DNA of 64,000 nucleotides. Source: Mobula hypostoma. Taxonomy: Eukaryota. Made by a program: the position numbers and the translations under genes. The stretch is from positions 164,612,001-164,676,000 of the forward strand of contig NC_086097.1 in assembly GCF_963921235.1 (NCBI RefSeq), written 5' to 3'. Under the pieces are notes generated by a model. It had not been told where the DNA came from. It was given only the letters and a program-made list of their open reading frames with translations, and did no database searches. Positions 11,637 to 23,479 of the stretch are shown here, piece after piece (the first letter of the stretch is position 1; every line of letters starts with the position of its first letter).

Positions 11637-13074
11637 TTTATATGTGTTGATTGAAATTCCAGCATCTGCAGATTTCCTCGTGTTTGAGTTAATGCTTCAG
11701 GTCAGGATTCTGCAAGAAAAAGGTCATTGTTGCAAAACTTTTAACTCTTGTTTCTTGCTCCACATCTCTGTTGTCTTACCTACTGATCAATTCCAGTGTA
11801 TTTGTTTTCTCAGAATTCCAATATCTGCAGTGATTTGTATTCATATTGTGTTGCAATCTGACAGAAAGCAACTCCAGAATGGAACCTGTCACTTGGAGTG
11901 GCTGCATAATATAGTTTGAATGCTGTAGGAAAACAAGCCTAAGACACCAAAGATAGATGCCAACATTGGCTGAAGTGATGGGGAGTGGGGAAAAGGGGAA
12001 ATGGATGAGGGTGGGTGGGAAATAAAGTGTAAAGAGTTATTTTTTTTATCTCAGTTGTTAGATTTTTATGAAGTGCAGCTAGCTGCTATACTTCTGTTAT
12101 CCAACATGTTATTTCCAAAAATAAATATATAGATGTATCAAAGGAGCATAAAGAGACAAAGATTTTATACAGTATGGAGCTATTCATTTGAACCACACAG
12201 CTGTGGTATTCCTGATAAGAGAAAAATTGTGAGCTATCATCTTTTGCTGACTCTTGGTGTCATTGTTGTGCAGGCAAATTAGCTCAGTTTTGTCATGGAT
12301 CAAGGCTATTGTGCAGTGACCTGGTACATGAGATACACATTGATTTCAGCAGCGTTGCATTATACTGAACTATCAACAGATTTAACATAGGACAAGAAGA
12401 AGCACCAATTAGTAGGCAGGCCATGTCCTTCAGGCAGTGCTGTTGAACCAGTGATATTAAAATGAAAAACAGTGCAACATATATTGAATACTAATTTATT
12501 TGGCTGTGAAATGTTTTCTTTCAAGAGATGAATGAAATAGCACAATATCAATAGATTGTTAAAATTACAGAGAGGAGCAAAATTATAGTACTCATGGAGC
12601 TGGAGATTACGGTTAATTGGTCACGGTGCTCAGGAGGATAATGTCTATGATGTCAGCGCTGTCTGCTTTTTACAATGGCCCAAACAATATAATCCTCTGC
12701 TTGAGGCGGTGCTATTTAACACTTCAGCTTCAATCTACTGCTTTGCCTGACCTCTACTGTTCCCTGGCCATCAGAAACAATTGGCCAAAAGTATTCAGGC
12801 AGCCAGCAGTTTAGCAAGAACCGTGGAGAAGCGGGTGGGGTAGGGAGGGGTGAGTGAGACTGTAATTCTTGCTGGTGCCTGGCACAGAGCAATCATTGAC
12901 AATCACTACACTTCAACTCGGCTGGGAGTCAGTGTGCTTTTTACAGATTGATACTCCAGCTGTCAAAATGCCAAAGCCGTGCATCCAGCCTGCTACGTGC
13001 TTATGCAGAAGAATGGTTGCTGGTTAGCTGAATGGAACATAGTCCAAGGATTTTTGCCTGTTGGGCAGGTAGGA

Positions 13075-13745
13075 TCAGTGTTCACTTTATTGTCACTGCC
13101 ATAGGTCGTGAAATTTGTTGTTTTGTTGTGGCAGGAATCCAATGAGGGCATAATTGATTACTATAAGTTGAAATAAAAAATAAACACATAAATAGTGGGA
13201 AAGAGGAATAAGACGATAGTGTTCATGAGTTCATTCACCATTCAGAAATCTGATGGCGGAGAGGAAGAAGCTATTTATAAAATGTTGAGTCTGGGTCGTC
13301 AGGTTCCTGTACCACCACCCTGATGGTCATACTGAGAAGAGGGCATGTCCTGGATGGTGAGGGTCCTTCATCATGACACCACCTCCTTGAGGTATTACCT
13401 TTTGAAGATGTCCTTGATGGTGGAGAGGGTTGTGCTGTGATGGAGCTGGCTGAGTCTACAGCCCTCTGAAACCTCTTGCAATGTAGGGCACGGGTGCCTC
13501 CATACCAAACGGTGATGCACCCAGTCAGAATGCTCTCCACGGTTCATCTGTAGAAGTTTGTGAGTCTTCGGTGACATAACAAATCTCCTCAAACTCCTTA
13601 CAAAGCACAGCTGCTGGCGTGTCCTCCCTCATCATGGTTACATCAATACATTAGGCCCAGGACAGATCTACTTGAGATGTTGATGCCTTGGAAGGTAAAA
13701 CTGCTCACCTCTTCCACCACTGACCCTTCAATGAGGATGGTGGGT
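13075..13745 (-). mobile_element. Degraded Rex1/Babar 3' fragment
   Basis: ESILTGCITVWYG motif in ORF 13271-13540. Confidence 0.8.
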
Positions 13746-13767
13746 GTTTTCCCAGCCAGAATGCTCA

Positions 13768-14200
13768 TCAAGTCAAGTCACTTTTTATTGTCATTTCAAC
13801 CATAATTGCTGGTACAGTACACAGTAAAAACGAGACAATGTTTTTCAGGACCATGGTGCTACATGAAACAATACAAAAACTACACTGAACTACGTAAAAT
13901 AACACAAAACTACACTAGACTACAGACCTACCCGGGCTGCATAAAGTACACAAAACAGGGCAAGCATTACAATAAATAATAAACAAAACAATAGGCACAG
14001 CAGGGGGCAGTTGGTTGGTGTCAGTCCAGGCTCTGGGCATTGAGTCCGACGGCTTGGAGGAGAAACTGCTACATAAATAAACAGCCGAATGGCGACGTCT
14101 GGGATTCCGTCGCTTTCTGTGCTCCCCCCGAGTATTTTGTTGGAGTCAGATGTAGTCCAATTTATTGTCCAGGGAGCGGACATTGGAGAGCAGAATGGAC
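13768..14200 (-). mobile_element. Internally deleted Rex1-like element (endonuclease N-terminus joined to C-terminus and 3' UTR)
   Basis: Minus strand from 14199 reads SILLSNVRSLDNKLDYI; ~14075-14035 resembles the NSFFPQAVRLLN C-terminus; (CTTGA)n tail at 13768-13780. Confidence 0.6.
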
Positions 14201-15645
14201 TTGAGACCAGAGTGCTGATATGATAAAGATGGTGGCTTTTCTGCTTGTGCTGTGGTGTTAGTCTGGACTGGCACTTAATAAAATAAATCCACATTCTCTC
14301 AGAATGAGATCTCATTGAAACTTACAAATTTTTAAGGGCTCAATACAATCCCTGGCAGGAGTCAGAAACTCAGTGGGGCTTTGGCTATTTGGGACCAAGA
14401 TAAAGAGAACTTGTTCACTCAGTGGGTGGTGAATCTTTGGAATTCTCTCTCTTGGAAGACTATGGAGGCTCAGTTCCATACACTAATTACTTAACTCTTT
14501 CTGCTGCTCCTTCCACAATCAGTTATATTAAGTGGGAACTGCTGGTAGGTACTTCTGTAACAAAGATAGAGAATGTGAAAGCTGAGTTGCCTCTCTCTCT
14601 GCTCTAAATCCAGAATCCTGAACTCCCAAGATCTGTTTGTAGTAGCTGTTCTAGGACCTGGTCGCGCAGGACTTCTGGCTTCTCCGTCTCCTGCCTGATG
14701 GCAGGTAGAACAGTCCTCAGTGTTCAGGACCAGATAACCATCACCCCAGTCCCTGAAACCGATAGAATTCAATTGTTCACTCCCTTATTATCTATCCAAT
14801 TTTGCACACTCCTTCTGTGTTTTGATTCATTCCTCTGGACCCAACTTTAAAGTGATGACATTTGTGTGTTCCCAGTTCAGAGTCTTTGCCTTTCTGCTTT
14901 TGTGTTGAGATAACTGCAGAAATGCCTCTGAAGTTGGATTGCTTCAATGACATCTTCCTTGAGAATTAGATTGGAATTCCTTGTCTCAATTTGTTCAAGT
15001 CCACATTGTTGCTAAAACATTTTGAGAAGGATGGAGATTATGTTGAAGTTAGAGTAAAAATTGGAATTGGCCATGACTTTCAGTGAAATAAATTCATAAG
15101 AGTAAAGAACTAAGGAGTTTATGTGGAATAGCAGACTAGATTGGGTTTAACATGAGAGGGGAAAGGTTTAAAATGTACCCGGAAGGCAAATGTTTTACGC
15201 AAAGGGTATGTGGGACGAACTGCAGAGGAAGTGGTAGAAGCAGTTACAGTTACAACCTTTAAAATGGTCATGGACAGAAAAGGTTTAGAGGGAGAGGGGC
15301 GAAATGCAGATAAGTGGAATCAGCTCAGCAAGACACATATGACTCAAGTATGCTTGATACATGAGACATGGAGCCAATAGACATGCTATTTATGTTTTTG
15401 GACTAGTGAACCTGAGACCTGGACTAATCATGTGGAGTTAAAAGTCTTTATGTCCCACCAAAACAGCTGGGGAATTTAAATTTAAGTTCAATTAGTTCTA
15501 TGAATGAGCACAAACTGTACCTAAAACAGTGATCACGAAGCTATTAGATAGCTGGAAAAAAAATATCTGTTTTGTTAATGTTTTTTTGAGGAAGACTCGT
15601 ATACAACTCCAAGCCACATGCAAAGTAATAACAGTGGGTTGTAGC

Positions 15646-17644
15646 TGTTGTCTATTTAATATTTCAGTAATATTTGAGTAATATTGTAAATGTATTGTAT
15701 GATTAAGCATTCTTTGTTGTTTACATAATTCATTATGGGTCGTATATAAAATTACATGAATGTCGTAAGTTATTATGCCACCACGTCATATTGCCACACT
15801 TCACTCAAAAGTAGAACAAAGTAGATACATTCATCCTGGCTCCCATGTTTTTCTTTTGATTAGTTTCAGGAGTTAAAAAAACTTTCTGGAGGGAAACACT
15901 TCAGCAAATTGTACTTTGCTGAGGCCTTTCTTCAGATGGAAGAAGAATCCAAAGTGTTTCTCACCATAAACACACACAAAGGGCTCTATCACTATAATAT
16001 GCTAATTATTGGAGTAACATCTACACCTGTGCTCTGGCAAAAAAGCTATGGACAAGGTGCTGCAAGGTTGCCCAGGCACTCAGTGTTACCTGGATGGCAT
16101 CATTGTTATTGATGAGGATGACAAGGAGCTCTTCCAAAATCTCAAGATAATATTATAAACAATGGAAGATTATGGTCTCAGAGCATGATGCAACAAATGT
16201 GAATTCTTTAAACCAAGCATCACTTACTGTGGTCACACCATTGATGCACAAGAATTACACAAGTGTGCTGAGAAAATTCAAGCAGTGGTGGATGCCCCAA
16301 GGCCAAAGGAACTGTCACAGTTACAGTCCTTTTTAGGATTTGTCAATTACTATACCAGTTTCCTGCCAAACCTGGTTTTGGTGCATTACCTCTTGAACTC
16401 ATTACTACAGATCGGGAAGAAATGACAATGGACAAAGCAGTGTGAGGTGGCTTTCCAAAAGACAAAGGAAGTGGTGATGTCAGACACTGTACTCACACAT
16501 CATGATCTACATTCATCCAGTGAAGCTTGGCCTATGGTGTATGTGCAATGTTATCATATGTTGCGAGTGATGTAGGTGAACAACCTAAAATCTTTTTTTA
16601 TTAGTGCAGAGAAAATTAGGCACAGAGAGGCACTGGGTCTGGTTTGGGTGTAAAGTGTTTCAACCAGTTCTTGTGTGGGAAAGAGTTTACCCTCATGAAT
16701 GATCATCGACCATTAGTGTTCATGTTCAATCCAGAAGGGTGTTCCACTAACAGCAGCAGCATGAATGCAGAGATGGGCTCTGTTTCTTGGAGGTCACATG
16801 TGCAAGATCAATTTCAAGAGGAATCATAGATCATAGATATGCTGATGGATTATCCTGTTTACTCTTGAAAAAGGAAATATCTGAAAATGTTACAAAAGAA
16901 GCCACTTGTCTTGATGTATTCTCCCTAATGCAAATCAAAAATCTTTGTATTATGGCAGAGATGTTCAAAGGGAAACCAGAAAAGACCCCACACTGTCCCA
17001 GGATTGCATGACAACTCAAAATGTCTGGAACGTGCAGCAGAAATTCTAGCTCCCCCATTTTTATCAGTACCAGGATGAACTTGCCCTTGACAGGGATTGA
17101 GCGTCGTCGTACCATCCAAGCTGAGAGCTAAGGTGTTGGAGAAGGTACATACCAGACATCTAGGTGTGGTCAATCTGAAAGCAACAGCTTAAAGCTTTGT
17201 CTGATAGCCTGGGAGAGTCCAGCAGATCGAGCAGCTTGCCATGCACATTTGGAATGGCATGGCAAGCAGTGCCTCTCCATCCCTGGGAATGGCATGCATT
17301 TCCCTTGCTGAGGATTCATGTGGATTTTGCCAGATCATTCATTGGCACAAATTTTTTGGTATTGGAGGATGCATTCTATATTGAGTTGGAGTTTATAGCT
17401 AAGCAGGGAGGAACGTTGTGTATTTAATATTTCAGTAATATTAGAGTAATATTGTAAGTATATTGTATGATTAAGCATTCTTTATTGTTTGCATAATTCA
17501 TATGTAAAAATAAGTGAATAGCATATGTCATTATGCCACCGTATCATATCGGCACATCTCGCTAAAAAGTAAAATGAAGGAGGCACATTCACCTTGGCTC
17601 CTGTGTTTTTCTTTTGATGCTTTCGGGAGTTACAAAACTTAACG
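15646..17644 (+). mobile_element. Decayed Gypsy/Ty3 LTR retrotransposon (gag/PR deleted; RT-RNaseH-partial IN pseudogene)
   Basis: Direct repeats 15646-~15883 and 17414-17644; 5-bp TSD gtagc (15641-15645 / 17645-17649); PPT aagcagggaggaa 17401-17413; motifs TINTHKGLY, YLDG, FLGFVNYY, DHRPL, HPWEW..RIHVDFA. Confidence 0.9.
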
Positions 17645-18573
17645 GTAGCCCCAAGTTCAGGGTGGAGGTTGTAATATGGTAAACATCACTGGAACGTACC
17701 TGCACGAGAGAGGGGGCACACTGAAGACTCAGAACAATTCCTGTTGGCAGATCTATCATATGAAGTGGTTAAAATGTCAGAGAATGAGAGAGGATCTGTT
17801 CTTTTTCATTGTTATTTTGTTTGGAGATCTTGTTGAAACGTGCAAAATTCTTACAGAGCTCAGTTAGGTAGTCAGAGTATGTTTGCTCTGGCTGAGAATT
17901 CAAAAGCCAGGAGTCGCAGTCTCAAATAAGGGGTAGTCTGTTTAGTGTGGAAGAGGAGACATTTCTTGATAGTGAGTAGTGAATCGTCGGAGTTCTCTTC
18001 CCTGGAGTACCAAGGAGGTTCAGTTACTGACTGTATTCAAAAACAAACTTCAGTGGGTACCTGGATATTAGAAGATACAGGTTTAGGGCAGGAAAATGTT
18101 AGACCTAAGATCAGCCATGATATTGTTGAATAGTGGAGTGAGCTTGATGGTTTGAAAGTCCTACTCGTGCTCCTATTTTGCATCATCTGATGTTGTATAA
18201 GGAAGTTAGAACTGGGAGTCTAATATAAGATTCACTGGAAAGAGAGGGGAGTTGGTAGTGAGAGGAAGAGTGGGGTTAAGAGTAAAATCTCTTCAGTGAA
18301 AAGACAGGATAGAACAAAAGAAAAGCAGGCATTGGTGATTTGAAAGTAAAATTGGGATGTAAACAAAAGATTTTCACATTGTAATTGTGCACAAGATCCC
18401 TGGCAGCAGTTGTGAGTGGTAGAGTTCTTTATATACTATTCATATAGGTAGGTAAGTCAGAATGGCTTTATTTGGTGACTTTTAACAGTCACGTGGATCA
18501 GGATGACAGGCAAAACTCGTATTTGGGAAATAGCAGCCTCAGAATTAATGAGCACTCTAATAAGCACTTAAAC

Positions 18574-19115
18574 AGAATCAGAGTCGGATTTAATATCACC
18601 GGCATATGTCGTAAAATTTGTTAATTTAGTAGCAGCAGTACAATGCAATATATGTCTGTATGTCTTGGATACTACAGAGGATAGTACCCATGATGGAGCT
18701 GACTAATTTTACAACTTTCTATAGCTCCTTTCAATCCTGAGCAGTAGCCCCCACCAGACAGTGATGCAGCTTGTCAGAATGCTCTCCACAGTACATCTGT
18801 AGAAGCTGTTGAGTGCTTTAAGTCCTCAAACTATTGAAATATAACTACTGTCCTGCCTTTATAGCCGCATCGATATATTGGGACCAGGTTACATCCTCAG
18901 ATCTTGACACCCAGAATTTGAAATTGCTCACTCTTTCCATTTCTAATCCCTCTGAGGATTGGTTCATGTTCCCTTATCTTACCCTTCCTGAAGTCCATAA
19001 TCAGCTTTGATAGTACTGATGTTGAGTGCAAGGTTGTAGCTGCGACACCACTCAACTAGCTGGTATATCTCACTCCAGTATGTTCTTCCGTCTGCATCAG
19101 ATATTCTGCCAACAA
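18574..19115 (-). mobile_element. Degraded Rex1/Babar 3' fragment
   Basis: Similar to 37063-37760 (agaatcag...tttaatatcacc...gtcagaatgctctccac). Confidence 0.75.
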
Positions 19116-20446
19116 TGGTGACTAACAGTTATTTTGTTTGTGGGGCCTGGTGCTGACAGCTTTAGTTGTGGGTCTTGTGTGCCACTGATCTACGGCTACG
19201 CTCATTACACACTGGATTGTGGGCCCAGTTGAGAGAGTCAGGGCTGAGGGAAGCCCAGATATGAAAGGACAATGGGGCTACTGTTGGATTGGCTGAATGG
19301 CACTATGTTGTGGTAATAGTTAGAAGGAGATGGGCCCTAAATCACAGAGTCAGTTTTCATGACCTCGGCCACTTGGGGCGTCAAATGCATCTACTACTCA
19401 TGTATTTACTGTATGTTGTGCTCTTATGCCTGACTGAATTTCACTCTTGGAAAAGCTGACTTTCAGATGTGTAGTTTTGAAAAATGTTGCATGTACAAGG
19501 TCATTCATTAGGTTGTGTTGGATTTAGGAGCAATCACAATATAATCCAGATGAGTATGATGAAATGTGAAACAGGATTTTAGACGTGGTAACTCTGACTC
19601 CATTGCAGTGAGACAGAGAATGTCCAATGTAACATGTTAATGCAAAAGTACCCGAGGGCATGGAAAGGTGTTTAACAAAAGCAGTTTTTGTAGACCTATT
19701 CAGGTTGCTGACAGGGTTAAGTTAGTTGTGGCATAATAACCTAGAAAGGCTACTGCTGTCCCATTGTCCATTTCAGCCTGTCTTGGTCTTCTCTTTCCGA
19801 GGCACAGGAAAGCACAGATGCCGGGATATTGAGCAACCAAACATCTGCTGCTCAACCTGCTGTGCTCCTCCAGCACTTTCAGGTGCTGACTGCCCAGCTG
19901 TGCTTTATTTTTAGTTTCTGGCACCGTACTTTATATTTTAATCACTGAATTATTAATGTTTTTATTAGAATTGTTAACTTTGGGGGAAAAAAATAAGCTG
20001 CTGCTTCATTGTGTTACTGTGATGGTGAAATTGCAGTTCTGTTTTGCATGTCATGTATCACCAGAATTTAGTGCAGAAAAAAGGGCTGATTGGAGTTGAA
20101 GTCAGTGCGCTAATTTAATCCAGGGGTGTTGAAAAAGACCCCAGCTATGCAGCTTGCAATAAACAGTTGATCAGTTATGCCTATTCCACCATTATATTTC
20201 ACGGTACAGTATACTCTCATGTCTCAGCAGAACATCAGATGTAATGGGCATTGAAAACTAGCACTGCAATTACCTGAATGGGTAGGGCTTATAGTGATAT
20301 TGTCTTAAAATGGTAGGCATGGATTGTGGTGCTGCTTCAGCTAATTGTACCCATCCATATCCTAACATTAAGGTGATTTCTTAGAGAGCTAGAATTAGGT
20401 GAAGTTTGGAAGTGTTTTCCTGGGGATATTTATAGCTCACCATATA

Positions 20447-22471
20447 TACTCAGTAGCCACTTTACCAGGTACATATGTACACCTCATTAATGCAAGTGTC
20501 TAATCAGCCAATTATGTAACTGCAACTCAATGCATAATAACATTCAGACATGGTCAAAGAGGTTCAGTTGTTGTTCAGACCAAACATCAGAATGGGGAAG
20601 AAATGTGATCTAAGTGACTCTGAACATGAAATGATTGTTGGTGCCAGACAGGGTGGTTTGTGTATCTCAGTAACGGCTGATTTTAGATTTTCACGCATGA
20701 CAGTCTAGAGCAGGGTTTCTCAGCTGGGGTTCTGCGAGAGGTCACTACAGATTCCACGGGGGATCGCGATTTTTAAAAAAAATTGTTTTTTGAACTTCAC
20801 ACAATACGTAATGCTAGTGCTCGCAGTGGTGGGCAGTGACCAAGCAGTCACATTAGCAATCTCGTTAGCTCCCCCCAACTTCCCCTTGCGTGTCACCAAC
20901 TGACTTATGGGAGCAAACAAACTCTACTAGTGTAGTAGAAAATTGGAGGGAAATTTTCATTCTAAAGAGTTTTTACAAGCTGCAACTCAGCTGTTGGCCT
21001 GTCACGTTGCTGTTATTGTAATATTTGTTATATTTTATTCGCCCCTGTGTTTTACAGACATATCTGATGGTAGAATCTTCTGAGTCATCTCTGCACTAGT
21101 GCAATAATGGTCACAAAAAAAAGTCCACCTTTACATTAAAGGCTACTTATCAATGGGTTTTACATGGACTGGTGATCCAAGTTGTTCGATTCCATCGTAT
21201 CTTGTCTGTGGCAAACAACTTAAAAATGCAGCAATAGCTCCAGAAAAATTGAAAAGACACTTAACTACAAATCACAGCCATATGACAGGTGAAAGTTCTG
21301 ACTATTTTAAAAGGCTATTTGAATCACAGTCAGTAAAAGTATTCAGGAAGCAAGTTATTTAGTAGCAGAACTTATTACCCAGAAAAGGAAAAGTCACACA
21401 GTTGGTGAGGACCTAAGAATGCCAACATGTAAAATTATGGTGGATGAAATGCTAGGTAAGATACAGTACAAGAAATCGAAAAGGTTTCACTCTCAAGTAG
21501 TACAATATGTCGACATATTTGATGACATGTCACGTGATGCTGAAGAGGTTGTCTGTGATAAACTGAAAAACAACAGCCTCTCCATCCAGGTTGATGAGTC
21601 AACAGATTTCACCAATACATGTCATGTTGTAGCATTTGTAAGATTTGTAAATGATGGTGAACTTCAAGAAAACTTAGTGTTCAAAGAGCTGCCCAAAACA
21701 AGCAAAGGCCAAGATATATTTAATGTTTTCTCTTCATATCTGGGAACAAAAGGTCTGTCTTGGAGGAACTGTGTTGCGTTGCTTTATGGTTTTTAGTAAC
21801 TTTACTATTCAACATTGTCATGTTGTAAATTGCATTAAATAAATCAATTTACAACCTTTTTAACTTAACTGTACCGAGCCTACCTGTAGAAAAATTAAAT
21901 TGCATTTTGACTTCGCCACTTATTTAACAGAAACGTATTATGTTAGCCTTGTGAATTTTTTAAATTTATGAAAGGGAAAGAAAGAGATTAATTTCAAGAA
22001 AGGTAAGCTAAGCTTGACTACATGTATTTTTTTCAGGAAGGTTGGCTAAAAATTCATTGTCTACTCAAAAGAGCATTGACAATTATTTTTGGATTATTCT
22101 ATCTACAACTTACTGATCATGCTAACGTACCATAAGCTGTAGCTATATTTTAAGGGTTCCTTCAGGGCAAAGCAGTTGAGAAAGGTTGGTCTAGAGTTTA
22201 CAGAGAATGTTGGGATAAACGAAAGAAAAGATCCAGTGAGCAGCAGTTCTGTGGGCGAAAACACCTTGTTCATGAGAGAGATCAGAGGAGAATGGGCAGA
22301 CTGGTTCAAGCTGATAGTAACTCCAGTAACCATGCATTGCCACAGTGGTGTGCAGAAGCACTTCTTTGAACCTTAACACATTGAACCTTGAAGTGGCTGC
22401 AGCAACAGAAGCCCACAAACATACATTGTGGCCACTTTACAGAAGGTTCCTAATAAAGTGACAAGTGAGTG
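20447..22471 (+). mobile_element. Tc1/mariner internally deleted element, split by a hAT insertion
   Basis: TIRs tactcagtagccactttaccagg / cctaataaagtgacaagtgagtg flanked by TA; transposase N-terminus MGKKCDLSD..MIVGAR from 20592 resumes after 22196. Confidence 0.8.
20711..22188 (+). mobile_element. hAT Charlie/Buster-type DNA transposon, internally deleted transposase pseudogene
   Basis: 8-bp TSD gtctagag (20703-20710 / 22189-22196); TIR cagggtttctcagct / agttgagaaaggttg; BED-finger remnant (GFTW...KLKRHLTTNH) and SIQVDESTD...AFVRF. Confidence 0.9.
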
Positions 22472-23479
22472 TAGATCCAGCAGTCATTAGCATTTCAAAG
22501 CTTCCTTCTGTTTTCTAACTCGGTTTCTGCAACATATAGTGCACAGTACAGTAAATGTGTGATTCACAATAGGAAGGACCCAAGTGACGTAGTGAGCTGA
22601 ATGACTTGCTACATTCCTCCTGCATTTCGTGTGCTGCTCAAGATTTCCAGCATCTGTAGAACCTCTTGTCCATGAGCTGAAGATGGTCTTTACTGCATTT
22701 CACTCTGGGGAAAATGTGCATTTCCAATCAAGTAGTGCTGAGATAAACAAGATTGAATTTCTAAACCACAATCTGTCTTAATGAGTTCACGTGATCCCGA
22801 GATAAAACAAACCTAATATAAAGTATTTATTTGTATTTTTATGTATAAAAATAATTTAAAGGTATTAGAGGTAAAGATCATTATAAGCGGTACATGACTA
22901 TCAAATGGGACATTTTGGGTCAAAACCCTGCATCAAGTCTGTTAAAACATCTGCAATCCCTTTCCTCCCCTTAGAAGCTGCTTGCCCATCTGAGTTCCTT
23001 CAGGAAGTGTTGTATGAAATGGGCACACTCCTTTTCATTATCCAAGGTGCCTGGTTCATTGCCAGAGAACAATCAGTATTAACCATCCTGAAAGCTGCCT
23101 TGAATTCTAGCTTTGCTTCCAGAAACATTACAGCCTCATCTACAATCCCCTTTGTCTAGACAGAATAACAGTCATAATTGCACCAGATTAATTTTATGCT
23201 CTTCGAGATTATTAGTGCACCTCTTCTAAGCTTAATGCCTCATCTGGGAAATTTAAATGTAGGAATATATAAGCTAAAATGCTTTGTACATAGAATACAA
23301 TGATCAGCAACACACACAGAATGCTGGAGGAACTCAGCAGGCCAGGCAGCATCAAAAGAGTACAGTCAACATTTCAGGTGATTGGATTATTAAAATCATC
23401 AGCTTCATTTATTCTCAACTACCATCTCTGGAACACCTAGAAAGACATATGATTCCCAAGGATTATCACCAATCGTTGT

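Larger units (their letters stand above)
8777..11686 (+). mobile_element. Penelope-like element copy 1 (5'-truncated RT + GIY-YIG endonuclease + pLTR), with nested Rex1 insertion
   Basis: ORF 8913-9545 MDVQSLYTSI...GVVMGTRMGPSYA...YVDD; ORF 9943-10269 GIY-YIG (HCIRC...LYIGET...R...EH); 13-bp TSD agttaatgcttca (8764-8776 / 11687-11699). Confidence 0.93.

Noticed and set aside
21153..21796. Domesticated ZBED/SCAND3-type gene
   Set aside because: Frameshifted, internally deleted and still bounded by TIRs and TSD
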